In this document: one piece after another, positions 25,991 through 36,434 of the stretch
Layout of the letters: each line of letters opens with the position of its first letter
Position numbering within the stretch: the first letter of the stretch is position 1
NCBI GenBank assembly: GCA_965204725.1
Contig: OZ242005.1
Coordinates: forward strand, 640,001 to 704,000
Source of the DNA: Candidatus Latescibacterota bacterium
GTDB lineage: Bacteria > Latescibacterota > UBA2968 > UBA8231
Length of the DNA: 64,000 nt
Reading direction: 5' to 3'
Made by a program: the position numbers and the translations under genes
The notes under the pieces: generated by a model
What the model was told of the DNA's origin: nothing
The model's input: the letters and a program-made list of their open reading frames with translations, nothing else
The model's database searches: none

Positions 25991-28081
25991 TCACCGGCCC
26001 GGTGAAAACTCTGCTTCCCAGACAGTGCGATTCTCTTTGGCAATCCACTGGCCGACATAGACGCGGTCGATGGCGTAGTCGGGGAGTTGGACGGTCGCGA
26101 TACACTGGTCGGCGACCTGCATACGCGCGGCAAGATCGAGCCAGTCGAAATGGAAGCCGAGGTTGTCAGAGCCCCACCGCCTGCGGGCGATGGGTAAGAC
26201 GCCCAGGTCAGAAGGGACGACGTGCAAAACGAACTTCGCCTGCACATCCGCAGGGGCGCACGGCTGTTTGAAGTAGGTCAGCTTGCGTCCGTTGCGGTAC
26301 ACGTCCCAATCGGCACGAACCACCCGCTCACCCGCCTGTGCGAGCAGGTGCGCCACATAGCGTTCTTGGGCGCGCTGTTTTTGGGCGCGATGCCGGTCGG
26401 CATCAAACGGTTCGGTCGCCGCCACCCTTACGCGGAATACCACGCCATCGGACGCCTCGGCTACCACCTCCACGCCGGGCAGCAAGCGAATGTCGAGGTC
26501 GTTGTAGTCATAATACACAGTTCGATAGGTGTTTTTGAGCCAGACGAGATATACTTGGTCTCGGCCCGATTTGCGCCACCCGCTCGCCTTCCGCGTCCAC
26601 CACCCGCTTATGTCAAAAGGAAGCTGCCGATGTGTTCGGATGGCGGCGGTCCGGTCTGCAAACCAGAGGAGGAAATGGTTGTTGCTGTACGTTATGCTAT
26701 CGCTAAGGTGGTCCCGGAGGTACTTCAGGGGCGCGGAATATCGCCAATAGGCGACACTGAAAGCGTCGTCGTCCGGGTACCCGGTATCCAATGCTTGGGC
26801 GGTAAGACGGAGATTTCTCTGTGCCGAGAAGCCGGTATGGGCGACGGCCCCCAGCAAGACGAGGGACGCTAGACCCCACTTGGCTGCGGCCACCCAGCCC
26901 GCAACCTCGATGGACAGGAACCGGTCCAACAAGAACACCGCCGCCAACAGCAGCGGCACATACACCGGCAGCAGAACGCGGGCGAGCAGCCCCCCGGGGA
27001 CCACGAGCGGCACGATGACGACGATGAATATGAGGTAAATCGCGGCGAACACCCCGAATGGGAGCACCGGCCCCAACCCGAAAGACAGTGGACGCCGGCC
27101 GATCCTTTCCCCCTCCGTCCTTCTCGCCCAACGACCCGCCACAACGACAACCGCGGCCAGCACCACAACAACCAGCCCGGCCGTCGCCCACAGGAGAGCA
27201 CCGAACCAGTCCGATGTGCTCAGCCCGGTCGCCCTCCACAGGAGATAATCAAACCAGTCCACCGCGTTCGGGGGAATCACCCACTCATAGAGTATATCCG
27301 CCACTCGGTTCAGCATATCGGATAGGGACTGCCCGGACCCGTGTCTCCCCCCGGTCAGGCTCCCTTCGATAACCCAGTTGCGCAAAAGCACCCCCGCGAG
27401 GGGAAGGGATGAGAGACCCCCAAATACGACGGCGTCTTTCAACCGGGTAGAAAGCGGCGGAGCGCGACGCACCAGCAGCATGAGGACCGCCGCACCGATC
27501 AGGACCACGCCCGGATAGCGGATCAGCGCGGCCAGCGCGGTGCAAACCGCCGCCCACAAAAGGGGCGTCCGACCACCGCGATGCAGGAAGGATGCCAACC
27601 AGATCAAGGAGAGGAGCACGAACAGGACGAAGAGGGAGTCGGTCATAAGGCTCGACGCGAGCTCGCTCAAGGGCAGGGAAGCTGCGATGGCTATGGTGGC
27701 GGCCAGCCCCAGCCACTGCGACCTAAGATTCGAGCGCAGCCAGCAGCCGGCGACGAAGATGGTCAGGCCGAAGGCGGTGGCGTTGATCCACCGACCCGCT
27801 TCCAGCGGATCGATGCCAACCCAACAGAAGGCCGCCAGCAACAGGGGGAACAAGGGCGGCCAGAATACTATCGGGTCGCCCGTGAAATCTCGCCAGCCCT
27901 CGCCCGCGAGGAAGTTCATGGCCATAGAAAGGTAAAAGACGGAGTCCAGGACGACCGCGATGCCGTAGGTGGCGGTGCGGACGAGGATGTGCGCGGTGCC
28001 CAGCCCGGCGAGGAAGGCGATAAGCAGCATGAAGCGGTCGCGCCGCAACCGGGCGATCCATGCGATGGCGGAGCACTTCAT
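25991..28081 (-). CDS. GT-C (ArnT/PMT-like) membrane glycosyltransferase, array copy 1
   Basis: TM-rich; xDS loop, WPPLFP, TDSLF, RYPG, RxLLP; soluble Cys-pair C-terminal domain. Confidence 0.7.
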   Translation of the reverse strand: MKCSAIAWIARLRRDRFMLLIAFLAGLGTAHILVRTATYGIAVVLDSVFYLSMAMNFLAGEGWRDFTGDPIVFWPPLFPLLLAAFCWVGIDPLEAGRWINATAFGLTIFVAGCWLRSNLRSQWLGLAATIAIAASLPLSELASSLMTDSLFVLFVLLSLIWLASFLHRGGRTPLLWAAVCTALAALIRYPGVVLIGAAVLMLLVRRAPPLSTRLKDAVVFGGLSSLPLAGVLLRNWVIEGSLTGGRHGSGQSLSDMLNRVADILYEWVIPPNAVDWFDYLLWRATGLSTSDWFGALLWATAGLVVVVLAAVVVVAGRWARRTEGERIGRRPLSFGLGPVLPFGVFAAIYLIFIVVIVPLVVPGGLLARVLLPVYVPLLLAAVFLLDRFLSIEVAGWVAAAKWGLASLVLLGAVAHTGFSAQRNLRLTAQALDTGYPDDDAFSVAYWRYSAPLKYLRDHLSDSITYSNNHFLLWFADRTAAIRTHRQLPFDISGWWTRKASGWRKSGRDQVYLVWLKNTYRTVYYDYNDLDIRLLPGVEVVAEASDGVVFRVRVAATEPFDADRHRAQKQRAQERYVAHLLAQAGERVVRADWDVYRNGRKLTYFKQPCAPADVQAKFVLHVVPSDLGVLPIARRRWGSDNLGFHFDWLDLAARMQVADQCIATVQLPDYAIDRVYVGQWIAKENRTVWEAEFSPGR

Positions 28082-28096
28082 TGTAGAGCATCTCTC

Positions 28097-28164
28097 CTAA
28101 GTACACGACAGTAATCTCAATTGATCTAATATAATATGAACACATGTTACTGTCGTGTACTTAG
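28097..28164. mobile_element. 68-bp MITE with 18-bp perfect TIRs and 9-bp target duplication
   Basis: CTAAGTACACGACAGTAA (28097-28114) and TTACTGTCGTGTACTTAG (28147-28164); GCATCTCTC on both sides; empty site at 38625-38633. Confidence 0.9.
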
Positions 28165-28203
28165 GCATCTCTCCATGCTTGCCAGTCATGTAGGACTGCT
28201 ATA

Positions 28204-30270
28204 TCACCGGCCCGGTGAAAACTCTGCTTCCCAGACGGTACGGTTCTCTTTGGAAATCCACTGGCCGACATAGACGCGGTCGATGGCGTAGTCGGGGAGT
28301 TGGACGGTCGCGACACACTGGTCGGCGACCTGCACACGCGCGGCAAGATCGAGCCAGTCGAAATGGAAGCCGAGGTTGTCAGAGCCCCACCGCCTGCGGG
28401 CGATGGGTAAGACGCCTAGGTCAGAAGGGACGACGTGCAAAACGAACTTCGCCTGCACATCCGCAGGGGCGCACGGCTGTTTGAAGTAGGTCAGCTTGCG
28501 TCCATTGCGGTACACGTCCCAATCGGCGCGCACCACCCGCTCGCCCGCCTGTGCGAGCAGGTGCGCCACATAGCGTTCTTGGGCGCGGTGTTTTTGGGCG
28601 CGATGCCGGTCGGCATCAAACGGTTCGGTCGCCGCCACCCTTAGACGGAATACCACGCCATCGGACAACTCAACCACCTCCTCCACGCCGGGCAGCAAGC
28701 GAATGTCGAGGTCGTTGTAGTCGTAATACACAGTTCGATAGGTGTTTTTGAGCCAGACGAGATATACTTCGTCTCTGCCCGATTTGCGCCACCTGCTCAC
28801 CTTCCGCGTCCAATCGGTCCAATCGCTTATCTTAGAAGGAAGAGACTGATGTGGTCTGATGGCGGCGGTCCGGTCTGCAAACCAGAGGAGGAACAGGTTG
28901 TTGCTGTACGTTATGCTATCGCTAAGGTGGTCCCGGATGTACTTCAGGGTCGCGGCATGTTGCCGATAGGCGACGTTGAAAGTCCCGTCGTCCGGGTCCC
29001 CGAATTCCAATGCTTGGGCGGTAAGACGGAGGTTTTTTTCTGCCGAGAAGCCGATGTGGGCGAGGGCCCCCAGCAAGACGAGGGACGCTAGACCCCATTT
29101 GGCTGCGGTCATCCGACCCGTAGTCTCGATGGACAGGAACCGGTCCAACAAGAACACCACCGCCAACAGTAGCGGCCCGTACACCGGCAGCAGAAAGCGG
29201 GCGAGTATCCCCCAATGGACCACGAAAGGGACCGTGAGCGGCACGATGACGACGATGACGACGAGGTAAATCGCGGCGAACACCCCGAATGGGAGCACCG
29301 GCTCCAATCCGAAGGATGGCGACTTGCCGCGACCCGACAGAACGACGACCACCACCATCGCCACAACAACCAGCCCGGTCGTCGCCCACAGGAGAGAACC
29401 GAACCAGTCCGGTGTGCTCAGCCCGGTCGCCCTCCACAGGAGATAATCAAACCATTCCACCGCGTCTTGGGGGATCACCCACTCCTGGAGTACATCCACC
29501 ACTCGGCTCAGCGAATCGAACAGGGACTGCCCCGACCCGCTTCTCGGCCCGGTCAGGGTCCCAGAGACGACCCAGTTACGAGTCAGAAACCCGGCGAGGG
29601 GAATGGATGGGATGGCCCCAAATACGACAGCGTCTTTCAACCGGGCGACCAGCGGTGGAGCGCGACGCACCAGCAGCATGAGGACGCCGACGCCGATTAG
29701 CACCACGCCCGGATAGCGGGTCAGCACGGCCAGCGCGGTGAATACCGCCGCCCACCACAGGGACGTCCGCTCGCCGCGCTGGAGGAAGGCCGCCAACTGC
29801 ATCAAGGCGAGGAGCGTAAACAGGACGAAGAGCGGCTCGGTCATGACGGCTGACGCGAGCTTGCTCAAGGCAGGGAAGGCCCCCGCGATGATTGCGGTGG
29901 CGGCCAGCACCAGCCAGCGCGACCGGAGATGCAAGCGCAGCCAGCACCCCGCAACGAGGATGGTCAGCCCGAAGGCGGTGGCGTTGACCCACCGCCCCAC
30001 CTCCAGCGGCTCGATGCCGACCCAACCGCCGACCGCCAGCAGCAGGGGAAAGAAAGGCGGCCATTCTACCATCAAGCCGCCCGTGAACTCCCGCCAACCC
30101 TCGTCCGCGAGGAAGTTTAGGGCCGTAGAAAGGAAAGCCGTGGACGCCATGCTGACGGTCGCGCCGTAGGTGGCGGTGCGGACGAGGATGTGCGCGGTGC
30201 CTAGCCCGGCGAGGACGACGATGAGCAGCGTGAAGCGGTTGCGCCCGAACCGGGCGACGGAGCATTTCAT
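28204..30270 (-). CDS. GT-C membrane glycosyltransferase, array copy 2
   Basis: Paralogue; start MKCS at 30270; loop Asp replaced (VSMAS). Confidence 0.7.
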   Translation of the reverse strand: MKCSVARFGRNRFTLLIVVLAGLGTAHILVRTATYGATVSMASTAFLSTALNFLADEGWREFTGGLMVEWPPFFPLLLAVGGWVGIEPLEVGRWVNATAFGLTILVAGCWLRLHLRSRWLVLAATAIIAGAFPALSKLASAVMTEPLFVLFTLLALMQLAAFLQRGERTSLWWAAVFTALAVLTRYPGVVLIGVGVLMLLVRRAPPLVARLKDAVVFGAIPSIPLAGFLTRNWVVSGTLTGPRSGSGQSLFDSLSRVVDVLQEWVIPQDAVEWFDYLLWRATGLSTPDWFGSLLWATTGLVVVAMVVVVVLSGRGKSPSFGLEPVLPFGVFAAIYLVVIVVIVPLTVPFVVHWGILARFLLPVYGPLLLAVVFLLDRFLSIETTGRMTAAKWGLASLVLLGALAHIGFSAEKNLRLTAQALEFGDPDDGTFNVAYRQHAATLKYIRDHLSDSITYSNNLFLLWFADRTAAIRPHQSLPSKISDWTDWTRKVSRWRKSGRDEVYLVWLKNTYRTVYYDYNDLDIRLLPGVEEVVELSDGVVFRLRVAATEPFDADRHRAQKHRAQERYVAHLLAQAGERVVRADWDVYRNGRKLTYFKQPCAPADVQAKFVLHVVPSDLGVLPIARRRWGSDNLGFHFDWLDLAARVQVADQCVATVQLPDYAIDRVYVGQWISKENRTVWEAEFSPGR

Positions 30271-30301
30271 AGTAGAAAGGGTGAATTTATCCATATAAGG
30301 C

Positions 30302-30353
30302 GTCATTCCGGCGAACGGACATCACCCGTGCCTCGACACGGGGCGGGAATCCA
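30302..30353. repeat. REP/dRS3-like palindromic element
   Basis: gtcattccggcgaa...gcgggaatcca with inner hairpin cccgtg-cctcga-cacggg. Confidence 0.5.
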
Positions 30354-30370
30354 GTCTTGAAGGATGTAGA

Positions 30371-32380
30371 TTAGAGCCGATGCGAAAACTTTGCTTCCCA
30401 AAGCGTACGATTCCCCTCGGCAATCCACTGGCCGACCCGGATGCGGCTGATGGCGTAGTCGGGGAGTCGGACGATCGCGATACACTGGTCGGCGACCCGC
30501 CCGCCGCGCCGGTCAAAATAGAAGCCGAGGTTGTCAAAGCCGTACCGCTTGCGGTGAGCTGGCAGGTCGGCCGGATCGGCCGGGACGACGTGCAAAACGA
30601 ACTTCGCCTGCACGTCAGCGGGGGCGCACGGCTCTTTGAAGTAGGTCAGTTTGCGTCCCGTGCGGTACACGTCCCAGCCGGAGCGAACCACCCGCTCGCC
30701 CGCCTGTTCGAGGAGTTGGTCCACGTAGCGTTGTTTCCGGGCGCGATGCCTTTCCGTATCGAACGGTTCGGCCGCTGTTAGGCGGAGTACGAAGCCATCG
30801 GCTAGTTCGGCCACGACTTCCACGCCGGGCAGGACGCGGAGGTCCAAGTCGTCGTAGTTTTGCTCACTCATGTTCTCGATCCAAACGATATACACGTCGG
30901 TGTCATCTTCGGTCCACTGCATCATCTGCCGCGCCAAACGAGGAAGACCGAGCGGGAATTTTTTCCGGTATTTTCCCGGGGCCGCGTCCCGATCCCAAAA
31001 CCAAGCAAGATGGACGGCGTTGCTGTAAATCCTGCCCTCAATGCGGTTCTCCCAGATGTAATTCAGGGTCTCGGAATGTTGCCAATGGGCGGCGTTGTAC
31101 GTCCTGCCTTCGTATCCGGCGACATGAGCTTGGGCGGTACGACGGAGGTTTTCTCGCGCCGAGAGGCCGACGTGGGCGATAGCCCCCAGCAAGACGAGGG
31201 ACGCCACAACGCAGCGGACGGCAACTCGCCATCCCGCCGCCTCAATGGACAGGAACCGGTCCAGCAACAACACCGCTGTCAACAGCAGCGGCACGTACAG
31301 CGGCAGCAGGAATCGGCTGTCGATTCCCCGATAAATCGCGAAGGGCACGACAGCGACCATGAATGCGAGGTACGCGACAGCGAACAGCCCGAAAGGTAAA
31401 GCCGGCCCCACCCCTAAGGACAGCGACGCAGGCCGATCCTTTCCCTTACTCCCGCCCATGCCTAAGCCGAGACCGGACAGAACGACCACCGCTACTACCA
31501 TAACCAACCCGGTCGTCGCCCACAACAGATAACCCAACCCGTCCGGCGCGTCCAGGGGAATCACCCATCCCCGGAATACATCCACCACTTGGCTCAGCGA
31601 ATCAGACAGGGACTGCCCCGACCCGCCTCTCCCCCCGGTCAGGGACCACTCGCCTCTCCCCCCGGTCAGGGTCCCGGAGATAGCCCAGTTGAGCGTCAAC
31701 ACCCCCGCGAGGGGAATGGACGAGACCACACCAAATGCGATGGCGTGCTTCAATCGAGCGGCCAGCGGCGGAGCGCGACGCACCAGCAGCACGAGGACGC
31801 CGACGCCGATTAGCACCACGCCCGGATAGCGGGTCAGCGCGGCCAGAGCTGTGAAAACCGCCGCCCACAAAAGGAGCGTCCTCCCGCCGCGATGGAGAAA
31901 GGCCGCCAACTGCATCAAGGCGAGGAGCGTGAACAGGACGAAGAGCGGCTCGGTCAGGAGGTGGGACGCCCAATGGCTCAAGGGCAGGGAAGCCGCGATG
32001 GCTCCGGTGGCGGCCAGTGCCAACAGCCGCGACCGGAGATTCGAGCGCAGCCAGCAGCCGGCGGCGAGGATGGTCAGCCCGAAGGCGATGGCGTTGATCC
32101 ACCGCCCCGTCGCCAGCGGCTCGATGCCAACCCAACCGCCGGCCGCCAGCAATAGGGGGAACAAGGGCGGCCAAGTCGCCATCGGTTGGCCCGCGAAATC
32201 CCGCCAGCCCTCGCCCGCGAGGCAGTTCAGGGCCGTAGAAAGAAAAATCGTCGAGTCCATGCCGACCGCAGTGCCGTAGGTAGCGGTGCGGACGAGGATG
32301 TGCGCGGTGCCCAGCCCGGCGATGCCGGCGATGAGCAGCGTGAAGCGGTCGCGCCAGAGTCGGGCGGCAGAGCATTTCAT
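30371..32380 (-). CDS. GT-C membrane glycosyltransferase, array copy 3
   Basis: Paralogue; ATG 32380 overlaps the copy 4 stop (ATGA); internal LTGGRG duplication. Confidence 0.7.
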   Translation of the reverse strand: MKCSAARLWRDRFTLLIAGIAGLGTAHILVRTATYGTAVGMDSTIFLSTALNCLAGEGWRDFAGQPMATWPPLFPLLLAAGGWVGIEPLATGRWINAIAFGLTILAAGCWLRSNLRSRLLALAATGAIAASLPLSHWASHLLTEPLFVLFTLLALMQLAAFLHRGGRTLLLWAAVFTALAALTRYPGVVLIGVGVLVLLVRRAPPLAARLKHAIAFGVVSSIPLAGVLTLNWAISGTLTGGRGEWSLTGGRGGSGQSLSDSLSQVVDVFRGWVIPLDAPDGLGYLLWATTGLVMVVAVVVLSGLGLGMGGSKGKDRPASLSLGVGPALPFGLFAVAYLAFMVAVVPFAIYRGIDSRFLLPLYVPLLLTAVLLLDRFLSIEAAGWRVAVRCVVASLVLLGAIAHVGLSARENLRRTAQAHVAGYEGRTYNAAHWQHSETLNYIWENRIEGRIYSNAVHLAWFWDRDAAPGKYRKKFPLGLPRLARQMMQWTEDDTDVYIVWIENMSEQNYDDLDLRVLPGVEVVAELADGFVLRLTAAEPFDTERHRARKQRYVDQLLEQAGERVVRSGWDVYRTGRKLTYFKEPCAPADVQAKFVLHVVPADPADLPAHRKRYGFDNLGFYFDRRGGRVADQCIAIVRLPDYAISRIRVGQWIAEGNRTLWEAKFSHRL

Positions 32381-34353
32381 CGTAGAAGCGAAAACTCTGC
32401 TTCCCAGAGGGTGCGGTTCCCCGCGGCAATCCACTGGCCGACCCGGATGCGACCAATGGCGTAGTCGGGGAGTTGGACGATCACCACACACTGGTCTGCG
32501 ACCCGCCCGCCGCACCCGTCGAAATAGAAGCCGAGGTTGTCAAAGCCGTACCGCTTGCGGTGGGCTGGCAAGTCCGTCGGATCGGCCGGGACGACGTGTA
32601 AAACGAACTTCGCTTGCACGTCGGCGGGGGCGCACGGCTCTTTGAAGTAGGTCAGCTTGCGTCCCGTGCGATACACATCCCAGACGGAGCGGACCACCCG
32701 CTCGCCCGCCTGTTCGACGAGTTGGTCCACGTAGCGTTGTTTCCGGGCGCGATGCCTTTCCGCATCAAAGGGTTTGACCTCCGTTAGGCGGAGTACGAAG
32801 CCGTCGGCCAGTTCGGCCACGACTTCCACGCCGGGCAGGACGCGGAGGTCCATGGCGTCGTAGTTTTGCTCACTCACATTCTCGATCCAAACGATATACG
32901 CGCCAGTGCCATCTTCGGTCCACTGCATCATCTGCCGCGCCAAACGAGGAAGCCCGAGCGGGATTTTTTCCCAGTACTTTCCTAGGGCAGCGTCCCGATC
33001 CCAAAACCAAGCAAGGAATGCGTTGTTGCTGTAAACCTTGCCGTCAATGGGGTTCTCCTGGATGTAATTTATGATCGCGGAATGTTGCCAACGGGCGGTG
33101 TTGTAATTCCAGCCCGGGTATCCGGCTATCCATGTTCGGGCGGTAAGAATGAGGTTCCTTTGTGCCGAGAAACCAACGTGGGCGAGAGTGGCGAGCAAGA
33201 CGAGGGACGCCACAACGCAGCGGACAGCCACCCGCCAGCCCGCCGCGATGGACAAGAATCGGTCCAGCAGCAACACCACCGTCAACAGCAGCGGCACGTA
33301 TATCGGCAGCAGGTAGCGGCTGTCGATTATCTGATAAACCGTGAAGGGCACAACGGCGACCAGGAATGCGAGGTAGCTTACAGCGAACACTCCAAAAGGT
33401 AGAGCCAGCTCCAACCCGAAAAACGGCGACGCGACCCGATCCTTTTCCTTATTCCCGCTCATGCCTAAGCCGAGACCAGCCAGAACGACCACCAGCCCGG
33501 CCGCTATCCACAGGATATAACCCAACCAGTCCGGTGCGTGTGGTGAGACCACCCACCCCCGGAATACATCCACCACTTGGCTCAGCGAATCGGACGGGGA
33601 CTGCCCCGCTCCGGTTTTCCTCCCGGTCAGGTTCCCGGCGACCGCCCAGTTGCGCGTCAGCACCCCCGCGAGGAGAATGGATGGGACGGCCCCAAATACG
33701 ACGACGTGCTTCAACCGGACAGCCAGCGGCAGGGTGCGACGCACCAGCAGCACGAGGACGCCTGCGCCGATCAGCGCCACGCCCGGATAGCGGGTCAGCG
33801 TGGCCAGCGAGGTGAAAACCGCCGCCCACAAAAAGGATGTCCGCCCGCCGCGATGCAGGAAGTCCGCCAACCGGATCAAGGCGAGGAGCGTAAACAGGAC
33901 GAAGAGGGAATCGGTCAGGAGGTGGGACGCGGAACGAGCTAGGGGAACGGAGGCTGCGAGCGCCACGCTGGCGGCCAGTGCCAACAGCCGTGACCGGAGA
34001 TGCGAGCGCAGCCAGCCCCCCGCGACAAAGATGGTCAGCCCGAAGGCCGCGGCGTTAATCCACCGACCTGCCTGTAGCGGCTCGATGCCAACCCAACCGC
34101 CGGCCGCCAGCAGCAGGGGGAACAAGGGCGGCCACTGCACCATCGGGCGGTCCGCGAAATCCCGCCAGCCTTCTCCGGCGAGGAAGTTCATGGCCGTAGA
34201 AAGGAAACGCGCGGAGTCCGAGTTGACCGCGGTGCCGTAGGTGGCGGTGCGGACGAGGATGTGCGCGGTGCCCAGCCCGGCGAGGAGGGCGATGAGCAGC
34301 ATGAAGCGGTCGCGCCGGAACCGGGCGATCCATGTGATGGCGGAGCACCTCAT
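32377..34353 (-). CDS. GT-C membrane glycosyltransferase, array copy 4
   Basis: Paralogue; start MRCS at 34353. Confidence 0.7.
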   Translation of the reverse strand: MRCSAITWIARFRRDRFMLLIALLAGLGTAHILVRTATYGTAVNSDSARFLSTAMNFLAGEGWRDFADRPMVQWPPLFPLLLAAGGWVGIEPLQAGRWINAAAFGLTIFVAGGWLRSHLRSRLLALAASVALAASVPLARSASHLLTDSLFVLFTLLALIRLADFLHRGGRTSFLWAAVFTSLATLTRYPGVALIGAGVLVLLVRRTLPLAVRLKHVVVFGAVPSILLAGVLTRNWAVAGNLTGRKTGAGQSPSDSLSQVVDVFRGWVVSPHAPDWLGYILWIAAGLVVVLAGLGLGMSGNKEKDRVASPFFGLELALPFGVFAVSYLAFLVAVVPFTVYQIIDSRYLLPIYVPLLLTVVLLLDRFLSIAAGWRVAVRCVVASLVLLATLAHVGFSAQRNLILTARTWIAGYPGWNYNTARWQHSAIINYIQENPIDGKVYSNNAFLAWFWDRDAALGKYWEKIPLGLPRLARQMMQWTEDGTGAYIVWIENVSEQNYDAMDLRVLPGVEVVAELADGFVLRLTEVKPFDAERHRARKQRYVDQLVEQAGERVVRSVWDVYRTGRKLTYFKEPCAPADVQAKFVLHVVPADPTDLPAHRKRYGFDNLGFYFDGCGGRVADQCVVIVQLPDYAIGRIRVGQWIAAGNRTLWEAEFSLLR

Positions 34354-34396
34354 CGTAGAAAGGGCCAATGTACCCATCTCTTTAGTAAAAACAATA

Positions 34397-36409
34397 TCAC
34401 CGGCCTCCCGAAAACTCTGCTTCCCAAACCGTGCGGTTCCCCGCGGCAATCCACTGGCCGACCCGGACGCGGCCAATGGCGTAGGCGGGGAGATCAACGG
34501 TCGTTGTACACTGATCGCCGACCCGCACACCGCGCCGGTCGAAATAGAAGCCGAGGTTGTCAAAGCCGAACCGCTTGCGGGAGAAAGAAAGGTCGGCTGG
34601 ATCGACCGGAGTGACGTGCAAAATGAACTTTGCCTGCACGTCGGCAGGGGCGCACGGCTTTTTGAAGTAGGTCAGCTTGCGTCTATTGCGATACACGTCC
34701 CAGCCGGCGCGAACCACCCGCTCGCCCGCCTGTGCGAGGAGTTGGTCCACGTAGCGTTCCTGATAGCGTTCTTTCTGGGCGCGAATCCTCGCCTCGTCGA
34801 ACGGTTCGACCGCGGCCTCGGCCGTTACGCTAAATACCACGCCATCGGGCGACTCGGCCACCGGCTCCACGCCGGGCAGGAAGCGGATGTCAAGGTCGTT
34901 ATAATCATAAAACCCAGACCGATAGTCGTCTTTGATCCAGACGATATACACTTCGTCTTCGCCCCGTCTGACCCACCCTCTCGCATACCGCGTCCAATCG
35001 CGTATCTCATTCGGAAGAGCCCGATGTTTTCTAATAGCAACGGTCCGATCGGCAAACCAGACGAGGAACTGATTGTTGCTATAAGTCCAGCCATCGCTGA
35101 GGTTGGTCTTGACGTAATTCAGGGTCGCGGAATGTTGCCAATCGGCGGTGTTATAAGCCCCGGCGTCCGGGTACCCGGATTCCAATACTTGGGCGGTAAG
35201 CCTGAGATTCCTCTGCGCCGAGAAGCCGACGTGGGCGAGGGCACCTATCAGGATGAGAGAAGTCAGAACCCACCGGGCGGCAGCCTCAATGGACAGGAAA
35301 CGGTCCAGCAGGAACACCGCCGCCAACAGCAACGGCACGTATATCGGCAGCAGGTAGCGGCTGTCGATTATCTGACCAACCGTAAAGGGCACGATGGCGA
35401 CTATGAATACGAGGTAAGCCACGACGAACACCCCGAATGGGAGAGCCGGCCCCAACCCGAAGGACAGCACCGCCGGCCGATCCGTTTCCTTATCCCCGCC
35501 CCCTTCGTCCTGCCCGCCCATGCCGAAGCCGCGATCTGCCAGAACGACCAGCCCGACCACCATCCACAGGAGATAACCCAACCAGTCCAGCGCGTCCGGG
35601 GGAATCACCCACGCCCAGAATACATCCGCCACTTGGCTCAGCGAATCGGACAGGGACTGCCCCGACGCGCCTCTCCACCCGGCCAAGCGCTTGGAGATAG
35701 CCCAGTTGCGCAGCATCAGCACCGCGAGGGGGATGGAGGGGACCGCACCAAATACGACGACGTGCTTCAACCGGACCGCGAGCGGCAAGGCGCGACGCAC
35801 CAGCAGCACGAGGACGCCGACGCCGATCAGGACCACGCCCGGATAGCGGGTCAGCACGGCCAGCGCGGTGCAAACCGCACTGAGCAGCAGGGGCGTCCTC
35901 TCGCCGCGCTGGAGGAAGGTCGCCAACTGCATCAAGGCGAGGAGCGTCAACAGGACGAAAAGGGAGTCGGTCAAGAAATTTGACGCGAGATCACTCAAGG
36001 GAAGGGAGGCCAAGATGACCACGCTGGCGGTCAGTGCCAGCCACTGCGACCGGAGATGTGAGCGCAGCCAGCACCCGGCGGCGAGGATGGTCAGCCCAAA
36101 GGCCGTAGCGTTGATCCACCGACCCGCGACCAGCGGCTCGATGCCAACCCAACCGCAGGCCGCCAGCAGCAGGGGGAATAAGGGCGGCCAAGTCGCCAGC
36201 GGCCTACCCGTGAAATCCCGCCAGCCCTCTCCCGCGAGTAAGTTCATGGCCGTAGAAAGGAAAATCGTCGAGTCCGTGCCGACCGCGGCGCCGTAGGTGG
36301 CGGTGCGGACGAGGATGTGCGTGGCACCCAGCCCGGCGAGGAGGGCGATAAGCAGCGTGAAGCGGTCGCGCCGGAACCGGGCGATCCATGCGAATACAGA
36401 GCACTTCAT
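34397..36409 (-). CDS. GT-C membrane glycosyltransferase, array copy 5
   Basis: Paralogue, 670 aa. Confidence 0.7.
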   Translation of the reverse strand: MKCSVFAWIARFRRDRFTLLIALLAGLGATHILVRTATYGAAVGTDSTIFLSTAMNLLAGEGWRDFTGRPLATWPPLFPLLLAACGWVGIEPLVAGRWINATAFGLTILAAGCWLRSHLRSQWLALTASVVILASLPLSDLASNFLTDSLFVLLTLLALMQLATFLQRGERTPLLLSAVCTALAVLTRYPGVVLIGVGVLVLLVRRALPLAVRLKHVVVFGAVPSIPLAVLMLRNWAISKRLAGWRGASGQSLSDSLSQVADVFWAWVIPPDALDWLGYLLWMVVGLVVLADRGFGMGGQDEGGGDKETDRPAVLSFGLGPALPFGVFVVAYLVFIVAIVPFTVGQIIDSRYLLPIYVPLLLAAVFLLDRFLSIEAAARWVLTSLILIGALAHVGFSAQRNLRLTAQVLESGYPDAGAYNTADWQHSATLNYVKTNLSDGWTYSNNQFLVWFADRTVAIRKHRALPNEIRDWTRYARGWVRRGEDEVYIVWIKDDYRSGFYDYNDLDIRFLPGVEPVAESPDGVVFSVTAEAAVEPFDEARIRAQKERYQERYVDQLLAQAGERVVRAGWDVYRNRRKLTYFKKPCAPADVQAKFILHVTPVDPADLSFSRKRFGFDNLGFYFDRRGVRVGDQCTTTVDLPAYAIGRVRVGQWIAAGNRTVWEAEFSGGR

Positions 36410-36434
36410 AGTAGAAATTTAGTAAAAACAATAT

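Noticed and set aside
34241-35983. 580-aa plus-strand ORF antisense to array copy 5, with shorter equivalents over other copies
   Set aside because: Shadow frame of a GC-rich gene; it is broken at different points in sister copies and has no recognisable motifs.
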